From assembly GCA_030592575.1 (NCBI GenBank), contig JAUVIV010000001.1:1-61437 (forward strand): DNA of 61,437 nt, given 5' to 3'. Positions 18,137-28,120 of the stretch are shown here, piece after piece; within the stretch, counting starts at the first letter, position 1, and the number at the start of each line of letters is the position of its first letter. Source of the DNA: a bacterium. GTDB taxonomy: Bacteria > Hydrothermota > UBA3073 > JACQXS01. The notes beneath the pieces were generated by a model. That model was given only the letters and a program-made list of their open reading frames with translations. It had not been told where the DNA came from and searched no databases. A program made the translations under genes and the position numbers.

Positions 18137-20581
18137 ATGAATAAAATTTTATATGTTTTATTTGGGGTTTTTGTTAGTGGAGCTGGCTATTCTAATATGA
18201 TAGCTGATATTACGGATACGGTGCATACGGAATTTGGTACCTATCATCCGTATTCTGTAGAGGTTACTCCTGCCTGCATGCCATACACAATAGACTCAGG
18301 ATTTACTAATGTGGCTAATTTTGATAGCTTTACTTTCACTGCTTGCGAAGAATCGCTTTTATCTGAGAATGCTTTTGTGTCCACGCCATCGGCTCGGATG
18401 GAAATCTATGACATTTATAATGAGGCAAGAGAACGAGGAATGCCTATATTTGTGAGTTGTGATGCACTATTGCATACCTATCATATTTTGTATGACAAAT
18501 TGCTTCAGACTGCTGAAGTTGAACAGCTTGTTGGTGATATAAAAAACCTTACGGATACACTTTATTCTAAAATCAAGGCAGAATGGGATTCAGCAAGTGC
18601 TCTATCAGTGGAAGAAGCACTGCGACTTAATTTGGCTTATTTGAGTGTAGCAAAATGTTTGCTTGAGCCAACTTTTACTCCGTTGCCAGAAGTAGAAGCA
18701 CTTGTAGATACTGAACTTGCACTTATTTATGCACATGAGGGATATGTAAAATCTCCCATATTTGGCTACTTTGAAGATTATAGTCAATATGTTCCGAGAG
18801 GTCATTATACAAAGAGCGATACGCTTGAGCGGTATTTTAGGACGATGATGTGGTATGGGAGAATGACTTTTGCAACAATAGATACACTTCCAACGAGAAT
18901 GGCAGTGCTTTTGGTTCATTCTATGCATAATATTGGTATAGCAGGAGAGCCAGGAACTGATATTTGGGAAAGAGTTTATGTGCCGACTATGTTTTTCGTT
19001 GGGAAGTCAGATGATATACATCTTGAGCAATATACTCAAATTGCAGAAGAAGTTTATGGAAGTGGTTTTGCTTCACTGCCACCGGATAGTTTTGCTAACG
19101 ATGTTTTGCTGGATGAATTTATGGTAAAAGCAGATTCGTTACCTGTTCCCGCAATACCTACAACTGCTTCAAAAGGATTTAGGTTTATGGGGCAGAGGTT
19201 TATTCCAGATTCCTGGGTGTTTAGTGAACTCACATATAATAGAATTCCAGATGCCAGAATTTTTCCAAAGGGGCTTGATGTTATGAGTGTTTTGGGTTCT
19301 GCTCATGCATACGAGATACTTGACCAAGTTTATAATGAGACTGACTATACGGGTTATCCCGAAAAGATGGATACTCTTAAAGCATATTTTTCTGCTTTAC
19401 CTGATGCTACCTGGGCACAGAATCTATATTGGAATTGGCTTTATTGTCTTATGCCATTTACATTTGCAAAGGGAACTGGTTTCCCGACTTTTATGCAGAA
19501 CGAAGCATGGACACGCAAGGAACTTTATGGTGCTCTTGGAAGCTGGAGTGAGCTTCGTCACGATACAATATTATATGCAAAGCAAAGTGAGAGTTGTATA
19601 GGAGAACCACCTGGAGAACCATCTACAATTCACGGTTATGTAGAGCCGAATCCCTGGTCATTTGCAAGGCTTGCTTCTCTTGTAAAATATACAAAAGAAG
19701 GACTTAAGGAACTTGATTTGCTTTATTATGATTTTGAGGCACGGCTCATAGGACTTGAAGAATTGTTGATTGTTTTAAAAACAATCGCAGAAAAAGAACT
19801 TACAAATCAGTCTGTTAGTTCTATAGAAGATCGGGCAATATGTGGTGTAGGGGCAGAAATCGGGAAACTGGTAGCTTTTGATAAATATGATTATGACTTG
19901 TATAAGACTTATTTGGGACCAGATCGATATGACCCTGCTGATGACCAAATGCCAGTAATTGCCGATGTGCATACTTATGTCGGCTCTTGTCTTGAGGAAG
20001 GAGTTGGTTATCCATTTAATTTATATGTGATAGTTCCTTTGAATGGAGAGCTTACAGTATGTTGGGGTGCTGGGTTTTCATATTATGAATTTGAACAACC
20101 AACATCCAATAGATTGACAGATGAGGAGTGGCAGACAATGTTACAAACAAATCCACCGAATGTTCCTGTTTGGGCAACAAGTTTTGTTGATACCTCACAA
20201 TTATGTGCTACTCCAAATCCAGACCATTACTATTATGATAGCATTTGGTATCTACAGGAATTTGGAGTTGAGGAAAGAGAGATAAGTCCGTTGGCTGATG
20301 GAAAGAGTTTAGGGTTAAGAGTTTTTCCGAATCCGTCCGGGAAAGGAGCCGTTGTCCGATTACAGATTCCTAATTTAAATTTTCAGAGTAAGGATATGCG
20401 ATTGACAATTCATGATATTTCTGGCAGATTGGTGAGAGAGTTGAGGGTTGAGAATAAAAAATTGAATGTTGAATGGAATGGAAAAAACAATATAGGTAAG
20501 CGAGTGCCACAGGGTATTTATTTCATCAAGTTTAAAGCTGGAGATTTTGAGAAAGTATGTAAGTTTGTGCTCGTGCGATAA
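18137..20581 (+). CDS. DUF3160-like secreted protein with T9SS C-terminal sorting domain
   Basis: GGAGGTG SD before ATG 18137. YSQYVPRGHYT motif. C-terminal VFPNPSGKGAVV...GIYFIKFKAG...VLVR. Confidence 0.7.
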   Translation: MNKILYVLFGVFVSGAGYSNMIADITDTVHTEFGTYHPYSVEVTPACMPYTIDSGFTNVANFDSFTFTACEESLLSENAFVSTPSARMEIYDIYNEARERGMPIFVSCDALLHTYHILYDKLLQTAEVEQLVGDIKNLTDTLYSKIKAEWDSASALSVEEALRLNLAYLSVAKCLLEPTFTPLPEVEALVDTELALIYAHEGYVKSPIFGYFEDYSQYVPRGHYTKSDTLERYFRTMMWYGRMTFATIDTLPTRMAVLLVHSMHNIGIAGEPGTDIWERVYVPTMFFVGKSDDIHLEQYTQIAEEVYGSGFASLPPDSFANDVLLDEFMVKADSLPVPAIPTTASKGFRFMGQRFIPDSWVFSELTYNRIPDARIFPKGLDVMSVLGSAHAYEILDQVYNETDYTGYPEKMDTLKAYFSALPDATWAQNLYWNWLYCLMPFTFAKGTGFPTFMQNEAWTRKELYGALGSWSELRHDTILYAKQSESCIGEPPGEPSTIHGYVEPNPWSFARLASLVKYTKEGLKELDLLYYDFEARLIGLEELLIVLKTIAEKELTNQSVSSIEDRAICGVGAEIGKLVAFDKYDYDLYKTYLGPDRYDPADDQMPVIADVHTYVGSCLEEGVGYPFNLYVIVPLNGELTVCWGAGFSYYEFEQPTSNRLTDEEWQTMLQTNPPNVPVWATSFVDTSQLCATPNPDHYYYDSIWYLQEFGVEEREISPLADGKSLGLRVFPNPSGKGAVVRLQIPNLNFQSKDMRLTIHDISGRLVRELRVENKKLNVEWNGKNNIGKRVPQGIYFIKFKAGDFEKVCKFVLVR

Positions 20582-20584
20582 AGA

Positions 20585-21005
20585 AAATACAAACACGAAC
20601 TGAACACGAACGAAAAAATTACAAAACGAAGAATTTTTAACCGTAGAGACCAGAGAAAGAGATAAGAAATGAACCACAAAGGACACAAAGACAGACAAAA
20701 AAGATAAACGCGAACTTATCACGAACAAGAAATTTTCAATTACGGATACATTGAAAACCACGAATAAACACAGATAGATACAAATTACAAGATTCAAAAA
20801 ATTATCACGGAAACACGAAAAAAATTTCAGATTGCACATACATTGAAACCATAGATGTACGCGGATTTTTTAATCTTTAAATCTTCATTTAATCGTGATT
20901 CTTCTTTTCTCTGCGTTCTTTGCGTCTCTGCGGTGATTATCTTGTCTTGTAAAAATCTGTGTTCTCCGTGGGTTAAGTTTTTTTTGTTGGTTTTTTTCAC
21001 GGAAG
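20585..21005. repeat. largest cluster of CAC(A/G)A(A/G) repeat modules, with strand flip near 20870
   Basis: More than 15 CACGAA/CACAAA/CACAGA hexamers on the + strand up to about 20860, then their complements (CGTGATT, CTTTGCG, ATCTGTG, CCGTGGG). Confidence 0.75.
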
Positions 21006-21008
21006 ATG

Positions 21009-21036
21009 TTGACTTCTGACATCTTGGTGTTATTTT
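21009..21036 (+). promoter_or_regulatory. promoter TTGACT-N16-TATTTT, 8 nt before the coaX ATG
   Basis: Read directly. Confidence 0.45.
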
Positions 21037-21044
21037 AAAATCAA

Positions 21045-21824
21045 ATGCTACTCACAATAGATATCGGGAATTCTACTACCTGTATTGGATTATTTAATGT
21101 AAAGGCAGTTTGCAAACCGTTCCTACTGGTAAATCCACAAAGAATATCAAACAAAAAGTTTGGAGATATAAAATCTTGTCTTCCAAAGGAAAAAATATCT
21201 GCTGTGATAATTGCTTCTGTTGTGCCGGAGAAGAACGAAATTTTTAATCGTGTAATTCAAGGGAGATATGATATAGTCCCGAGATTTGTTGACTCAAGTT
21301 TAATAGAAGGGGCTTATCCTGAATTGGGGGCAGATAGAGTGGCGAGCCTCATAGGTGGAGGCGGAAAATTCGGGGTACCTGTTTGTGTGATTGATTGTGG
21401 AAGTGCAACAACTATAGATGTATTGGAAAATGCAAAAAGCAAAACGCAAAATACAAAAGTTGATGGAAAATATGGAGGTGGAATTATTTTACCCGGTATG
21501 AAAATGGGACTTAAGGTTTTACATCAAAACACTTCTTTGCTTCCGAATGTTCCTTTTGATGAAGCAATTTATGAATTACTCCTACTTGGTAAATCTACAA
21601 TTGAGTGTATTCAATCCGGTAGTTACTGGGGCGAGTTATGCAGAATTCAAGGATTGATAGAGAAAATTAAACGTAAAGACAATCAGCGAACTACTCCTAT
21701 TAAATTTGTTTGCACAGGAGGAATTGGCAATTTGGTTGCCAAGGCGTTAGGGTTTGAGTATGATCCCTGGCTTACTCTCTATGGGTTATATTTTATATGG
21801 AAAAAACAAGAAGCACAGAAATAA
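21045..21824 (+). CDS. coaX: type III pantothenate kinase
   Basis: MLLTIDIGNSTT N-terminus. GADRVAS and CVIDCGSATTIDV motifs. Confidence 0.9.
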   Translation: MLLTIDIGNSTTCIGLFNVKAVCKPFLLVNPQRISNKKFGDIKSCLPKEKISAVIIASVVPEKNEIFNRVIQGRYDIVPRFVDSSLIEGAYPELGADRVASLIGGGGKFGVPVCVIDCGSATTIDVLENAKSKTQNTKVDGKYGGGIILPGMKMGLKVLHQNTSLLPNVPFDEAIYELLLLGKSTIECIQSGSYWGELCRIQGLIEKIKRKDNQRTTPIKFVCTGGIGNLVAKALGFEYDPWLTLYGLYFIWKKQEAQK

Positions 21825-21838
21825 ATAAGTAGAAAATC

Positions 21839-22777
21839 CTAAATTCTATCGTATTCATCTTCTATTTCGCCAAACAATTCTTCAATTACATCTTCGGCAG
21901 TAATAAGTCCGGCAAGTTTACCTTGCCGATTTTTTACCAGAGCAAAGAAATTTTCTTTGTTTTTTAATTCCTCGAAGAGAGCTTCTATTGATAAGTTGTC
22001 ATTAATAAACTTGCAGGGGGTAATGACATTGGATACACTTGTTGCGGTAAGGAGATTTTTAACTTCGACGACACCAATTATTTTATTTGTATTGATTGGG
22101 TTTGACTGATAGATAGGGACTCTTGAATATCCGCTCTTTTTTATTATTTGTTTTAGTTGTTGAAGAGAAACACTTGCTGGAGCAGAGAGGATTTTATTTT
22201 TAGGTATCATTATTTCTTTTGCCTGTTTTTCTCTGAAATCAAGGAGACGAGAAGTAATACGATGTTCGGATGAGGCAAGAACTTTTTTGCTGGCAATTCG
22301 AAGATCTTCTCTTGAGAATTTTTGGAATGTGAATGTAGGATTAGAGCTGAACAGTCTTAATATACCTATAGAACTACGATAGACTATGAATATCAAAGGA
22401 TATAAAATCCAATAAATTATGCTGTAAGGTTTTGCGAGGATAATCACGAGTTGTTCTTTGAATCTTGAAGCTATAGATTTTGGTAGAACTTCTCCAAATA
22501 CAAAGATAAGCAAAGCTGTAGATAAGATAATTAATCCTTCCGGAAGTCCCCAAACAGTTGATGCTATAACTGAAAGTCCGACGTTTGCTAAGTTTGTTCC
22601 GATAAGTATTGTTATTAGTAGTTTATCTTGATTGTGAAGAAGGTCTAATGCGAATTTTGCACCTTTCTTGTTTTTGCTTGCCCAATATCTGAGTTTAATC
22701 CAATCGCAGGATATAAAAGCCATTTCCGAAGCGGAAAAAAAAGCACAAGCGATGAGACACAATATTATTCCTATCAT
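21839..22777 (-). CDS. CNNM/DUF21 transmembrane domain + CBS pair protein (no CorC_HlyC tail)
   Basis: N-terminal 3-4 TM with FSASEMAF. FGEVLPKS. CBS pair region. Confidence 0.8.
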   Translation of the reverse strand: MIGIILCLIACAFFSASEMAFISCDWIKLRYWASKNKKGAKFALDLLHNQDKLLITILIGTNLANVGLSVIASTVWGLPEGLIILSTALLIFVFGEVLPKSIASRFKEQLVIILAKPYSIIYWILYPLIFIVYRSSIGILRLFSSNPTFTFQKFSREDLRIASKKVLASSEHRITSRLLDFREKQAKEIMIPKNKILSAPASVSLQQLKQIIKKSGYSRVPIYQSNPINTNKIIGVVEVKNLLTATSVSNVITPCKFINDNLSIEALFEELKNKENFFALVKNRQGKLAGLITAEDVIEELFGEIEDEYDRI

Positions 22778-23697
22778 TGTCCAATTATGGTGCGTAGAAT
22801 ATCATCAAGTGTAATAACTCCTACGACGTTATTATTACTGCCAACGACTATAGCGATGTGAACTCTTTTTCGTTGAAATTTTGAAAGCAATACACTTGCG
22901 CTCAATGAAGCAGATACAAAATAAGGTTTGCGCAAGGGTAATTCGTGAATTTTTCCTACGGTTTCCTTAGCAATTAAATCTTTAAGATAAAGAATACCTG
23001 TAATACGTTTGGATTTATCGTCATAAACAGGGATTCTTGAATAGCGTAATTTTGATATTATAGCAGGAGTTAATTGCGTAGACATAGAAAGAGAACGGAG
23101 TTTGGTTTTAGGTGTCATTATATCTTTTACTGTTTTGTCCTTGAAGTTCAAAAGAGAGAGGATAAATTCTTTTTCCATATTGTTGATACGACCTTCTTCT
23201 ACTTCGGCTGCAACAAGCACTCGAGTCTCATCTCGACTTATAGAAGTTTTGGGGGTAGGTGTAATGAGTGAAATCAGTGCATTGACTGGCAGAGTGATGA
23301 GTAAAAAAATATATCGAAAAAATTTAAGGTAGGGAACCAATTTCAATGATATACTTTCATCATGTTCCAACGAATAGAGTTTTGGCACAAATTCCCCAAA
23401 TACAAGTAATATGTAAGCCATAATTCCTGTTACTATTGCGAGTCCTTCGGTTTGAAATATTCTATAGAATATTCTGGCAGCAAGAATAGAGGCACCTGTA
23501 TTTACAAGAGTGTTTCCAAAAAGTATGGTTCCCAAAAGTTTTTCCCGTTCTCGAAGTATAGATAAACTATGGTATCGCGCAGCAAGTTTTTCTATTTTTA
23601 CTTTCGGTAGATGAAATATAGCGGTTTCTGCGCTTGAGAAAAAAGCAGAAAGAAAGAGCAGAAAAACAAGAATTAAACTTTCAAATAAGTATGTCAC
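22774..23697 (-). CDS. CNNM/DUF21 + CBS pair protein, tandem paralog
   Basis: FSSAETAIF and FGEFVPK motifs. CBS pair. 4-nt overlap with the downstream paralog. Confidence 0.8.
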   Translation of the reverse strand: MTYLFESLILVFLLFLSAFFSSAETAIFHLPKVKIEKLAARYHSLSILREREKLLGTILFGNTLVNTGASILAARIFYRIFQTEGLAIVTGIMAYILLVFGEFVPKLYSLEHDESISLKLVPYLKFFRYIFLLITLPVNALISLITPTPKTSISRDETRVLVAAEVEEGRINNMEKEFILSLLNFKDKTVKDIMTPKTKLRSLSMSTQLTPAIISKLRYSRIPVYDDKSKRITGILYLKDLIAKETVGKIHELPLRKPYFVSASLSASVLLSKFQRKRVHIAIVVGSNNNVVGVITLDDILRTIIGQ

Positions 23698-23761
23698 TTA
23701 GAATGTTAGTTTGTTTTGCGAGCTACAATTATAAGAAGTTTTTTAGAACGATTTTGCATTT

Positions 23762-24229
23762 TTATATATTTGAGACAACTTGGTCTTTTAAATTTTGTAG
23801 GTAGTAATTTTGTCTTTCTTCCATTTTTTTGCCGTGTTTGTAGTTCAAAATATGAAGTATGCCATGAATCAAAAGACGAGAAACTTCTATGTCAATTGTC
23901 TCGTTAGGAGAAATTTGTTCACGTGCTTTATCCAATGATATATAGATATCTCCCAAAAACTTGGTAGGGATGAGTATTGAATCTGTTTCTGCGTTTATCT
24001 TTCCCTTGGGTACTTCCATAGAAAAAGAAAGAACATCTGTTGGAGAATCAATTTTTCTGTATTTTTTGTTTAATTCATGGATATATGTATTGTTTACAAG
24101 AGTAATGTCAATCTCTGTATCTTCGGCATTTTCAAGTTCAAGCATAAGCAATGCGATTGATTTAAGAGAAGTTTTTTTTATTTTTGAATTCTTTATTAGA
24201 TTCTTTATACGTACTTTTTTCATATTCAA
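23762..24229 (-). CDS. ybeY: rRNA maturation RNase YbeY
   Basis: PTDVLSF and zinc motif HGILHILNYKH. Confidence 0.85.
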   Translation of the reverse strand: MNMKKVRIKNLIKNSKIKKTSLKSIALLMLELENAEDTEIDITLVNNTYIHELNKKYRKIDSPTDVLSFSMEVPKGKINAETDSILIPTKFLGDIYISLDKAREQISPNETIDIEVSRLLIHGILHILNYKHGKKMEERQNYYLQNLKDQVVSNI

Positions 24230-26318
24230 TTCGTTGATGGAAAATACCTATTAGTACCGGAAGAAAACTTTGTTCCAGTTTCTTAAGCTCTTCAATAGAT
24301 AAATTAACCTTAGAGAGTTGGCCGTCTTCAACTTTTCCCTTAATTATATCTCCAACAATTCCTTTTATTCTGGAAGGAGATTGATCCGGAATGCTTCTTA
24401 TGGCGGCTTCAATAGAATCAGCAAGCATAACGATTGCCGATTCTTTTGTGTGTGGTAAAGGTCCGGGGTATCTAAAATCCAGTTCATTTACTTCTTTTTT
24501 GGCTAATTCCGCTTTTGTGTAAAAGAATTTCACCAAAGTTGTCCCGTGATGTTCTCTTATAATGTCTATAATTTCTCCTGGCAGTTTTTCTCGGCTCGCA
24601 CGTTCTACGCCTTCTCTCACATGAGAAATGATAATACGAGCATTTAATTCCGGGTTGAGCTTAGTATGTGGGTTTGTGCCACGTTGATTTTCAATAAAAT
24701 AATCAGGTTTTTTAAGCTTGCCGATATCATGATAATATGCACCAACCCTTGCAAGTAATGGATTAGCGCCTACGGCTCTGGCACCTTGCTCGGCAAGAGT
24801 TGCTACTGTCATAGAATGATGATAAGTGCCAGGTGCATATTTACTTAAGTCTGTTAGAATAGGATGGTCGGGATTTGCATATTCTAAAAGAGTAATGGGA
24901 GTGGTAATTTTAAATCCATGTTCAAAGAAAGGGAGTAATCCAAAAGCAAGAAATGAATTTCCAATGCCTCCAACCAAAGCGTATCCTAAGGACTTGAATA
25001 AAGAAATTCCTGAAGAAAGTTTCATTGTTTCCATTCCCAATGCAGTAAGAATATAAGCTCCTCCTATAAGAAGAGCTGGTTTGTAAAAATCAGATGGTTT
25101 TTTAACATTATTACTTGCAAGAACAGAAACAATACCTGCGAATAAACAAAGGGTTACCACTTCAAATCCTCCACCGGAATATATTGATATAAGAATTGTC
25201 AAAACTATAATTCCCAAGACGCCTACGATAGTTCCTAAAAGCAAAGAAGTTAAGATCCCGAATAGTGCTATCGGAACGAGATATAGAGATAATTTTGACA
25301 AGATAAAAAGAGACGATATTCCCATAACAATAAACATAAGAAGTACAAGCAAAAACAATTTCCAAAAATCGTCAAGCAACGAAGGATTGAAAAAATAAAG
25401 AGACAAGTAAAGCAAGAAAATAGCAAGAATATATAGAATGTTTCTTCCAATAGATACAGATATTCCAGAAATACCAGTTTTCTTGGGAAAAGATTGTAGT
25501 TTTTCTATAACCTCAGGAGTAACAATGTCATGTGCTCGCACAATCATTTCTCCTTTTGAAACAGTTCCTTTGGTTGGAGCAATTTGCGTAGCAGCACGTT
25601 CTCTTCTTTCTAATGTTTCTGGTAAGTCGGTTGATAAATTTGGTTTAACAAAAGAATTTGCGAGCAATACAATGGTATTAATTGCAGTATTGTTTTTGGG
25701 AAACATTCGGGTTGCTCGTGATTTAAAAATTTTAGGAAGTGCGTCAAAGCTTAAAAATTCGCCAATACTTCTCGGTTTTTCTTTTCCCAGAATTACTACC
25801 ACAGAACCCTCTATTTTGCTTTTTTCTGCGATTACCCCTTGTTTTAAAACTTCATCTAATAATTTAAGAAGGCTATCTTTTACAGGTTTATAATTCCTAA
25901 GCAGAAGAAATCCTATTTCTTTTTTCTCCAAAGAAGATTCAAGTTCAATAAGCTTGGCTCTTTTATTACTAAAAGTTTCTTTTCCCCATCGTATTTCTTC
26001 AAGTTGCTTGAAGAAGTTTTCCGCTTCTTTTTTTACAATTCGAGGTTGTTTTTTGTCTTGGCGAAGAACAAAAAAAACATTTTTTTCGGCTTCTTCTTTT
26101 TCTTCGTGAAGTTCTTTTTTGCTTTTCTTTACATAAAAGGCATGTGGAGCTATTATATCTTTTGGGGCAATATCACCTATTTTAAAGCTGAATTTTGCTT
26201 GAAAAGGAACAGGGTATAACAGGTTAAGGGTTAATAAAAACCCGATAAGCAAAACTATATTTTTAATACTTACCCCGGAGAGACTAAGCTCTCTTTTTGG
26301 AATTAACTTCCACTTCAT
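24162..26318 (-). CDS. 7TM-HD (HDIG) membrane phosphohydrolase, PgpH-like
   Basis: 718 aa. Central polytopic region. HHSMTVA...YHDIGK HD motifs. Confidence 0.85.
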   Translation of the reverse strand: MKWKLIPKRELSLSGVSIKNIVLLIGFLLTLNLLYPVPFQAKFSFKIGDIAPKDIIAPHAFYVKKSKKELHEEKEEAEKNVFFVLRQDKKQPRIVKKEAENFFKQLEEIRWGKETFSNKRAKLIELESSLEKKEIGFLLLRNYKPVKDSLLKLLDEVLKQGVIAEKSKIEGSVVVILGKEKPRSIGEFLSFDALPKIFKSRATRMFPKNNTAINTIVLLANSFVKPNLSTDLPETLERRERAATQIAPTKGTVSKGEMIVRAHDIVTPEVIEKLQSFPKKTGISGISVSIGRNILYILAIFLLYLSLYFFNPSLLDDFWKLFLLVLLMFIVMGISSLFILSKLSLYLVPIALFGILTSLLLGTIVGVLGIIVLTILISIYSGGGFEVVTLCLFAGIVSVLASNNVKKPSDFYKPALLIGGAYILTALGMETMKLSSGISLFKSLGYALVGGIGNSFLAFGLLPFFEHGFKITTPITLLEYANPDHPILTDLSKYAPGTYHHSMTVATLAEQGARAVGANPLLARVGAYYHDIGKLKKPDYFIENQRGTNPHTKLNPELNARIIISHVREGVERASREKLPGEIIDIIREHHGTTLVKFFYTKAELAKKEVNELDFRYPGPLPHTKESAIVMLADSIEAAIRSIPDQSPSRIKGIVGDIIKGKVEDGQLSKVNLSIEELKKLEQSFLPVLIGIFHQRIEYEKSTYKESNKEFKNKKNFS

Positions 26319-27243
26319 AAGCTTCTACTATTTTTTTTACCAATGGATGTCGTACAATATCAGTATTCTCAAGTTTCACAAACTTAATTCCTTGAATTCC
26401 CGAGAGTACATGTTGAATATGCAAGAGTCCTGAAAGATTAAGGTTTTCAAGGTCAATTTGAGTTGTATCTCCTGTGATACATGTTTTCGAGCCGATTCCG
26501 AGCCTTGTTAAAAACATTTTCATCTGGATTTTTCCAGTATTCTGAGCCTCATCAAGAATTATAAAAGAATTATCCAGATTTCTACCTCTCATATAAGCAA
26601 GAGGAGCTACCTCAATTGTATGATCTTCGATACAGTGTCTTATTTTCTCGTGATACATTAATTCGTGAAGAGCATCATAAAGTGGACGAAGGTAGGGATC
26701 TACTTTTTCTTTAAAATCACCCGGAAGAAACCCAAGTTTTTCGCCTGTTTCAACAGCAGGTCTTGTAAGTATGATTCTGCGAAAAAGTCCTTTTTCGAAA
26801 AGCTCAACTGCTTTTGCAACAGCAAGATAAGTTTTTCCTGTTCCTGCAGGCCCAGTACAAGCAACTATGTCAAAATCATTTAATGCTTTTAGATATCTTA
26901 TTTGACCGGGGGTTCTTGGTTTTACGGATTTCCTTGGAGTTACAATAAGCTGCTTATTAGTAACAGTAGGAATTTGACTTGAGCTACTTAAATCTTCCTT
27001 AGAAATAGTTCTTCCGTTTTTTACTTCTTTGATCAAAGATAGAAATTTTAGTTTTAAGAGCGAAATCTTTTGGGATTCACCATTAAGAAAGATATTATCA
27101 CCCCTTAGGATAATATCTACGCCATACTCTTTTGAAAGGAATTTTAGATTCTCATCTAACTCGCCACAAAGCAACAAGGGGTCTATACCTTTTAAAGAGA
27201 AACGCTCCTTTGCCAACTCTTTCCCCAATTTGGGATTTAACAA
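26284..27243 (-). CDS. phoH: PhoH family ATPase
   Basis: Walker A GPAGTGKTYLAV. ILDEAQN. Lies upstream of the pgpH-ybeY block. Confidence 0.9.
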   Translation of the reverse strand: MLNPKLGKELAKERFSLKGIDPLLLCGELDENLKFLSKEYGVDIILRGDNIFLNGESQKISLLKLKFLSLIKEVKNGRTISKEDLSSSSQIPTVTNKQLIVTPRKSVKPRTPGQIRYLKALNDFDIVACTGPAGTGKTYLAVAKAVELFEKGLFRRIILTRPAVETGEKLGFLPGDFKEKVDPYLRPLYDALHELMYHEKIRHCIEDHTIEVAPLAYMRGRNLDNSFIILDEAQNTGKIQMKMFLTRLGIGSKTCITGDTTQIDLENLNLSGLLHIQHVLSGIQGIKFVKLENTDIVRHPLVKKIVEAYEVEVNSKKRA

Positions 27244-27244
27244 A

Positions 27245-27685
27245 TTAGGGTCTTGGAATTTTAAGATTCCATCCAGGCTTAATAAAAGTCGGATTCTTTA
27301 TTAGATCCTTGTTGGCTTTGTAAATCTTAGGCCACATAGCATAATTTCCGCGACCGTAGACTTCAGAATATTCTGCAAGCTTTGCAAGCCAGTCACCTTG
27401 TTTTACAACATATATATCATGCTTTGGTTCTGCTGCATGGAGTTTAGCTATTTCGTCTGCAATAGCTAAAATTTCTGTATCAAGCTTTGCGATCTCTCCT
27501 TCTAAAACTGCTATTTTCTCTTCTTCTTCTTTTATCTTTGTATTCGCAACATCTTCTCTTGACTTATACTGTTCCACCAATCTTAATGCTTGTTCCTCTG
27601 TAAGTTTCATTTCTTCGGCGGTATAACTACTAGTAAATGCAATGCAAGACGCAACGACTACCAATGTAAGGCATAATTTTTTCAT
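27245..27685 (-). CDS. coiled-coil + LysM domain secreted protein
   Basis: Signal peptide. E/K coiled coil. C-terminal YVVKQGDWLAKLA...IKPGWNLKIP. Confidence 0.7.
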   Translation of the reverse strand: MKKLCLTLVVVASCIAFTSSYTAEEMKLTEEQALRLVEQYKSREDVANTKIKEEEEKIAVLEGEIAKLDTEILAIADEIAKLHAAEPKHDIYVVKQGDWLAKLAEYSEVYGRGNYAMWPKIYKANKDLIKNPTFIKPGWNLKIPRP

Positions 27686-27687
27686 AA

Positions 27688-27942
27688 TTACTTACCCCCT
27701 AACTTAAGAGTTTCTAATTCTTTCCTTAGTTCTTCAACTCTTACTTCTTTTTCAGCTTTCTTCCCTTCAAGCTTGATACGCTTGGCTTCCAACTCTTTGG
27801 CTTTTACTTCTGCACTTTCTGCTGCCTGTTTTCTCATGCTTAAGGCACTTAAAGTTTCTTGAGATGCACCCTTTGGGCCACATCCAACAAGAAGAAGTAC
27901 GGAAGCCATCATGAAGATTGTTAATAATTTCTTCATCCTCAC
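27688..27942 (-). CDS. small coiled-coil lipoprotein
   Basis: Lipobox LLVGCG. AAGGAGG SD upstream. Confidence 0.6.
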   Translation of the reverse strand: MRMKKLLTIFMMASVLLLVGCGPKGASQETLSALSMRKQAAESAEVKAKELEAKRIKLEGKKAEKEVRVEELRKELETLKLGGK

Positions 27943-27995
27943 ACCTCCTTATTTTTACACACCCTTATTGTTAAATAATTCTAAAGATTACTTTG

Positions 27996-28024
27996 TAGAT
28001 AACATAACAGAAATTGTTTGTCAA
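27996..28024 (-). promoter_or_regulatory. promoter TTGACA-N17-TATCTA for the lipoprotein/LysM/phoH operon
   Basis: Minus-strand hexamers at 28024-28019 and 28001-27996. Leadered, with a strong SD. Confidence 0.45.
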
Positions 28025-28120
28025 GAGATAAAATAAAAAAATTGTAGTTAGTAACTTCATGCAGCTTTGATCAAAAAAATTTTTATAAAAAAGCAATGAG
28101 AATTTTTTTGGAGTTTATTA

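Noticed and set aside
20375-20839. 154-aa minus-strand ORF overlapping the DUF3160 3' end and the repeat cluster
   Set aside because: Its low-complexity F/V/S/L-rich sequence comes from reading the CACGAA/CACAAA repeats in reverse. It also overlaps a well-supported CDS.
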